41,586 nt of DNA from Candidatus Bathyarchaeota archaeon (lineage in GTDB: Archaea > Thermoproteota > Bathyarchaeia > Bathyarchaeales > Bathyarchaeaceae): positions 872,501 through 914,086 of the forward strand of contig CP070679.1 in NCBI GenBank assembly GCA_020352535.1, given 5' to 3'. Position 1 is the stretch's first letter. The number at the start of each line of letters is the position of its first letter. Below, piece by piece: positions 39,996 through 41,586 of this stretch. The notes under the pieces are model-generated. The model was not told the origin of the DNA and did no database searches. It saw only the letters and a program-made list of their open reading frames with translations. Position numbers and translations under genes: made by a program.

Positions 39996-40460
39996 ATGTC
40001 TAATCAGAATTTGGTGGGTAGATGCGGCCTTTACTGTGGAGCTTGTGGGATTTATCGCGCCTACAAGGATGGGGGCGAATATCGGCGACGCGTCGCTGAG
40101 TTCTTCAAGTGTCCTCCGGAGAAGGTGCGTTGTGAGGGTTGTCAGGTGTTGACGGCGCAGTGTTGGGGTCAGGACTGCAAGATGGTGCAATGCTTGAATG
40201 CTAAGGGATTGAGCTTTTGTTACGAGTGTCCTGACTTTGAGAATCATGGTTGTGAGAAGTTCGAGAAGTTCTCCAAGGACTACTTGAAAGAGGATGATGT
40301 GGATTTGAAGGCGAACCTCGCCCGCATCAAGGCTGGTGAAGTTGATGCGTGGCTTGAGGAGTCGGAGCGTAAATTCCGGTGTCCTTATTGTGGGAAGCCG
40401 CTACCGACCAACTCGTTTCGGAAGCGTTGTTATCACTGCAGCAGAGAGCTCACAGGCTGA
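39996..40460 (+). CDS. DUF3795-like Cys-rich (zinc/Fe-S) protein
   Basis: The N-terminal CGLYCGACGIYRAY plus multiple further CxxC pairs (CEGC, CYEC, CPYC, CYHC) match the remembered DUF3795 pattern. Confidence 0.65.
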   Translation: MSNQNLVGRCGLYCGACGIYRAYKDGGEYRRRVAEFFKCPPEKVRCEGCQVLTAQCWGQDCKMVQCLNAKGLSFCYECPDFENHGCEKFEKFSKDYLKEDDVDLKANLARIKAGEVDAWLEESERKFRCPYCGKPLPTNSFRKRCYHCSRELTG

Positions 40461-40470
40461 AATGCGTATA

Positions 40471-40593
40471 TTACTTGGGTCTGTCTTGGGTTCTCCTGCC
40501 TCGTAGGGCATAACCCAAGACGACAGCTGCTGCCCCCACCACGATGACTATTGCTACAACTGTCCAGGTTGGGAAGGGTCTGATTTTGATCAT
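40471..40593 (-). CDS. Candidate 40-aa single-TM peptide
   Basis: Manual translation MIKIRPFPTWTVVAIVIVVGAAAVVLGYALRGRRTQDRPK. It is co-oriented with and 77 nt downstream of the radical SAM gene. The RBS is weak. Confidence 0.25.
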   Translation of the reverse strand: MIKIRPFPTWTVVAIVIVVGAAAVVLGYALRGRRTQDRPK

Positions 40594-40670
40594 GTCAACC
40601 GCCCTAACTAGCCCTTTCTAGGGAGATAAGGATAACGTCACCGTGAGCTGGAACCTGTGAGTGGCTGCAA

Positions 40671-41429
40671 TTACTCTGGTCGTCGTTGAGCGGTTTCGCG
40701 TTTGTCAAAAGGCTTGACTCTCAGCTTCCTGGAGTCGTAGTATGATATGTAGTTCATTCGGTTGAAGGCTTCAGATACCCTTCCTAGCTCGCTTGGGCTT
40801 AGTTTCGGTTTGTTTGCTCTGGATGGCGTGTTGATTTGCACTTCATTAGGCTGGATTTCCTCAGCAATTGCTCTCATCTCCTCTGCGTATCGTTTGTTTT
40901 GCTCAACGAACATCATCTGTAGTGCGTAGGTTTTGCGGAATTCCTGCCTGAACTTCTTCATACCATCTAGCATAAAGTGGAAGTTGATATCTGGATGGGG
41001 CTGATCGATTTCTTGGAAGAGGCGCTCATTTGGTGCATCAAGTTTTGCTACAACGATGTCAGCTTGGGCTAGTTCCTTTCTTACTTCTTGTTTGTCCATT
41101 AATGATGAGTTGGTCAGCACGGCCACCGGGAGTTCCGTACAATCTCGGACGACTTCAATTAGCTGCCCTAATCTTTGGTTTAGGGTCGGCTCTCCTGAGC
41201 CAGAGAAGGTGGCAATATTAGCGACTTGGGAGATGTACGGATATCTGCTCAGTTCTTCCTTCAGCGTCTTAGGGTCTGCAAATGCTTCTCGTTCTGCGAT
41301 TCTTCTCGTGGTCCTTCCGCATTGGCAGTAAATGCAGTCGAAGGAGCAGACTTTCATTTCGCAGATAGAGTCTATCCCTAGTGAGATTCCAAGTCTCCAA
41401 GATGCAACTGGACCATAGACAGCTTGCAC
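40671..41429 (-). CDS. Radical SAM protein (short, no SPASM domain), unknown function
   Basis: YGPVASWRLGISLGID...CSFDCIYCQCG (CxxxCxxC), then the SGSGEPTL SAM-binding motif. GTG start preceded by GAGGGT. Confidence 0.8.
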   Translation of the reverse strand: MQAVYGPVASWRLGISLGIDSICEMKVCSFDCIYCQCGRTTRRIAEREAFADPKTLKEELSRYPYISQVANIATFSGSGEPTLNQRLGQLIEVVRDCTELPVAVLTNSSLMDKQEVRKELAQADIVVAKLDAPNERLFQEIDQPHPDINFHFMLDGMKKFRQEFRKTYALQMMFVEQNKRYAEEMRAIAEEIQPNEVQINTPSRANKPKLSPSELGRVSEAFNRMNYISYYDSRKLRVKPFDKRETAQRRPE

Positions 41430-41586
41430 TCACTAACCCTCTTCAGCAGCTTCATCTTCATTTGGAAGTATACTCGCTTCGGATAGTATTAATACTCTGT
41501 TTGAAGAGGGCAGAAATTGTGTGCGAACCAGCGTCTCTGAATTACGTATGCAGCAGATTATATTTCGAAATCTGGAATATGTTTCT

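Noticed and set aside
1-41586. Scan for CRISPR arrays, IS elements or transposases, integrases, prophage genes, rRNA, toxin-antitoxin pairs and known defence-system genes.
   Set aside because: No regularly spaced repeats, no transposase or integrase-like ORFs and no rRNA-like stretches were seen. The only nuclease (XPF) and phosphoesterase are housekeeping-type.

Overview
Densely coded archaeal chromosomal segment of 41.6 kb. Ribosome-binding sites are of the GGAGG/GGTGA type, and there are many ATGA/GTGA stop-start overlaps. Archaeal origin is supported by EF-1alpha, archaeal uS7, diphthine synthase, a CTP-type riboflavin kinase with RibL, a short XPF nuclease and a tRNA with an intron in the anticodon stem. 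I cannot place the lineage from sequence alone; it looks like an uncultivated TACK/Asgard-type anaerobe.

Layout:
- 1-8.6 kb: accessory-looking block. It holds a Bcp peroxiredoxin, a SOUL heme-binding protein, a clear heliorhodopsin, a convergent pair of paralogous 4-TM proteins, a wHTH protein, an LLM oxidoreductase, methyltransferase and transporters.
- 8.6-12.6 kb: one 1330-aa protein with helical repeats, a beta-sandwich and a KaiC/RecA-like module that has lost its P-loop.
- 12.7-24.2 kb: housekeeping genes. These are five tRNAs, IMPase, a phosphoesterase, adk, a riboflavin kinase/regulator fusion, the dph5-DUF357-ribL operon, EF-1alpha, a DRG GTPase and uS7.
- 24.4-38.1 kb: XPF nuclease followed by an acyl-CoA metabolic island. 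It contains ACAD, thiolase+DUF35, an LLM enzyme, an Oah/MenB-like crotonase, an HdrD-like Fe-S protein, a polyferredoxin, an AOR-family tungstoenzyme, a MoaD-like protein, an AbrB-PhoU regulator, a Zn-ADH and a crotonase.
- 38.2-41.6 kb: methyltransferase, two small Cys-tailed ORFs, PadR, DUF3795 and a radical SAM gene.

Most interesting hypothesis: the 29.6-38.1 kb island has the gene content of a tungsten-dependent (class II, Bam-type) benzoyl-CoA reductase core plus the Dch/Had/Oah ring-cleavage enzymes. It lacks the known electron-bifurcating BamE-I module. This rests on family-level recognition only.

No CRISPR array, transposase, integrase or rRNA was seen. All domain calls come from reading the translations and from remembered family motifs; no searches were run.
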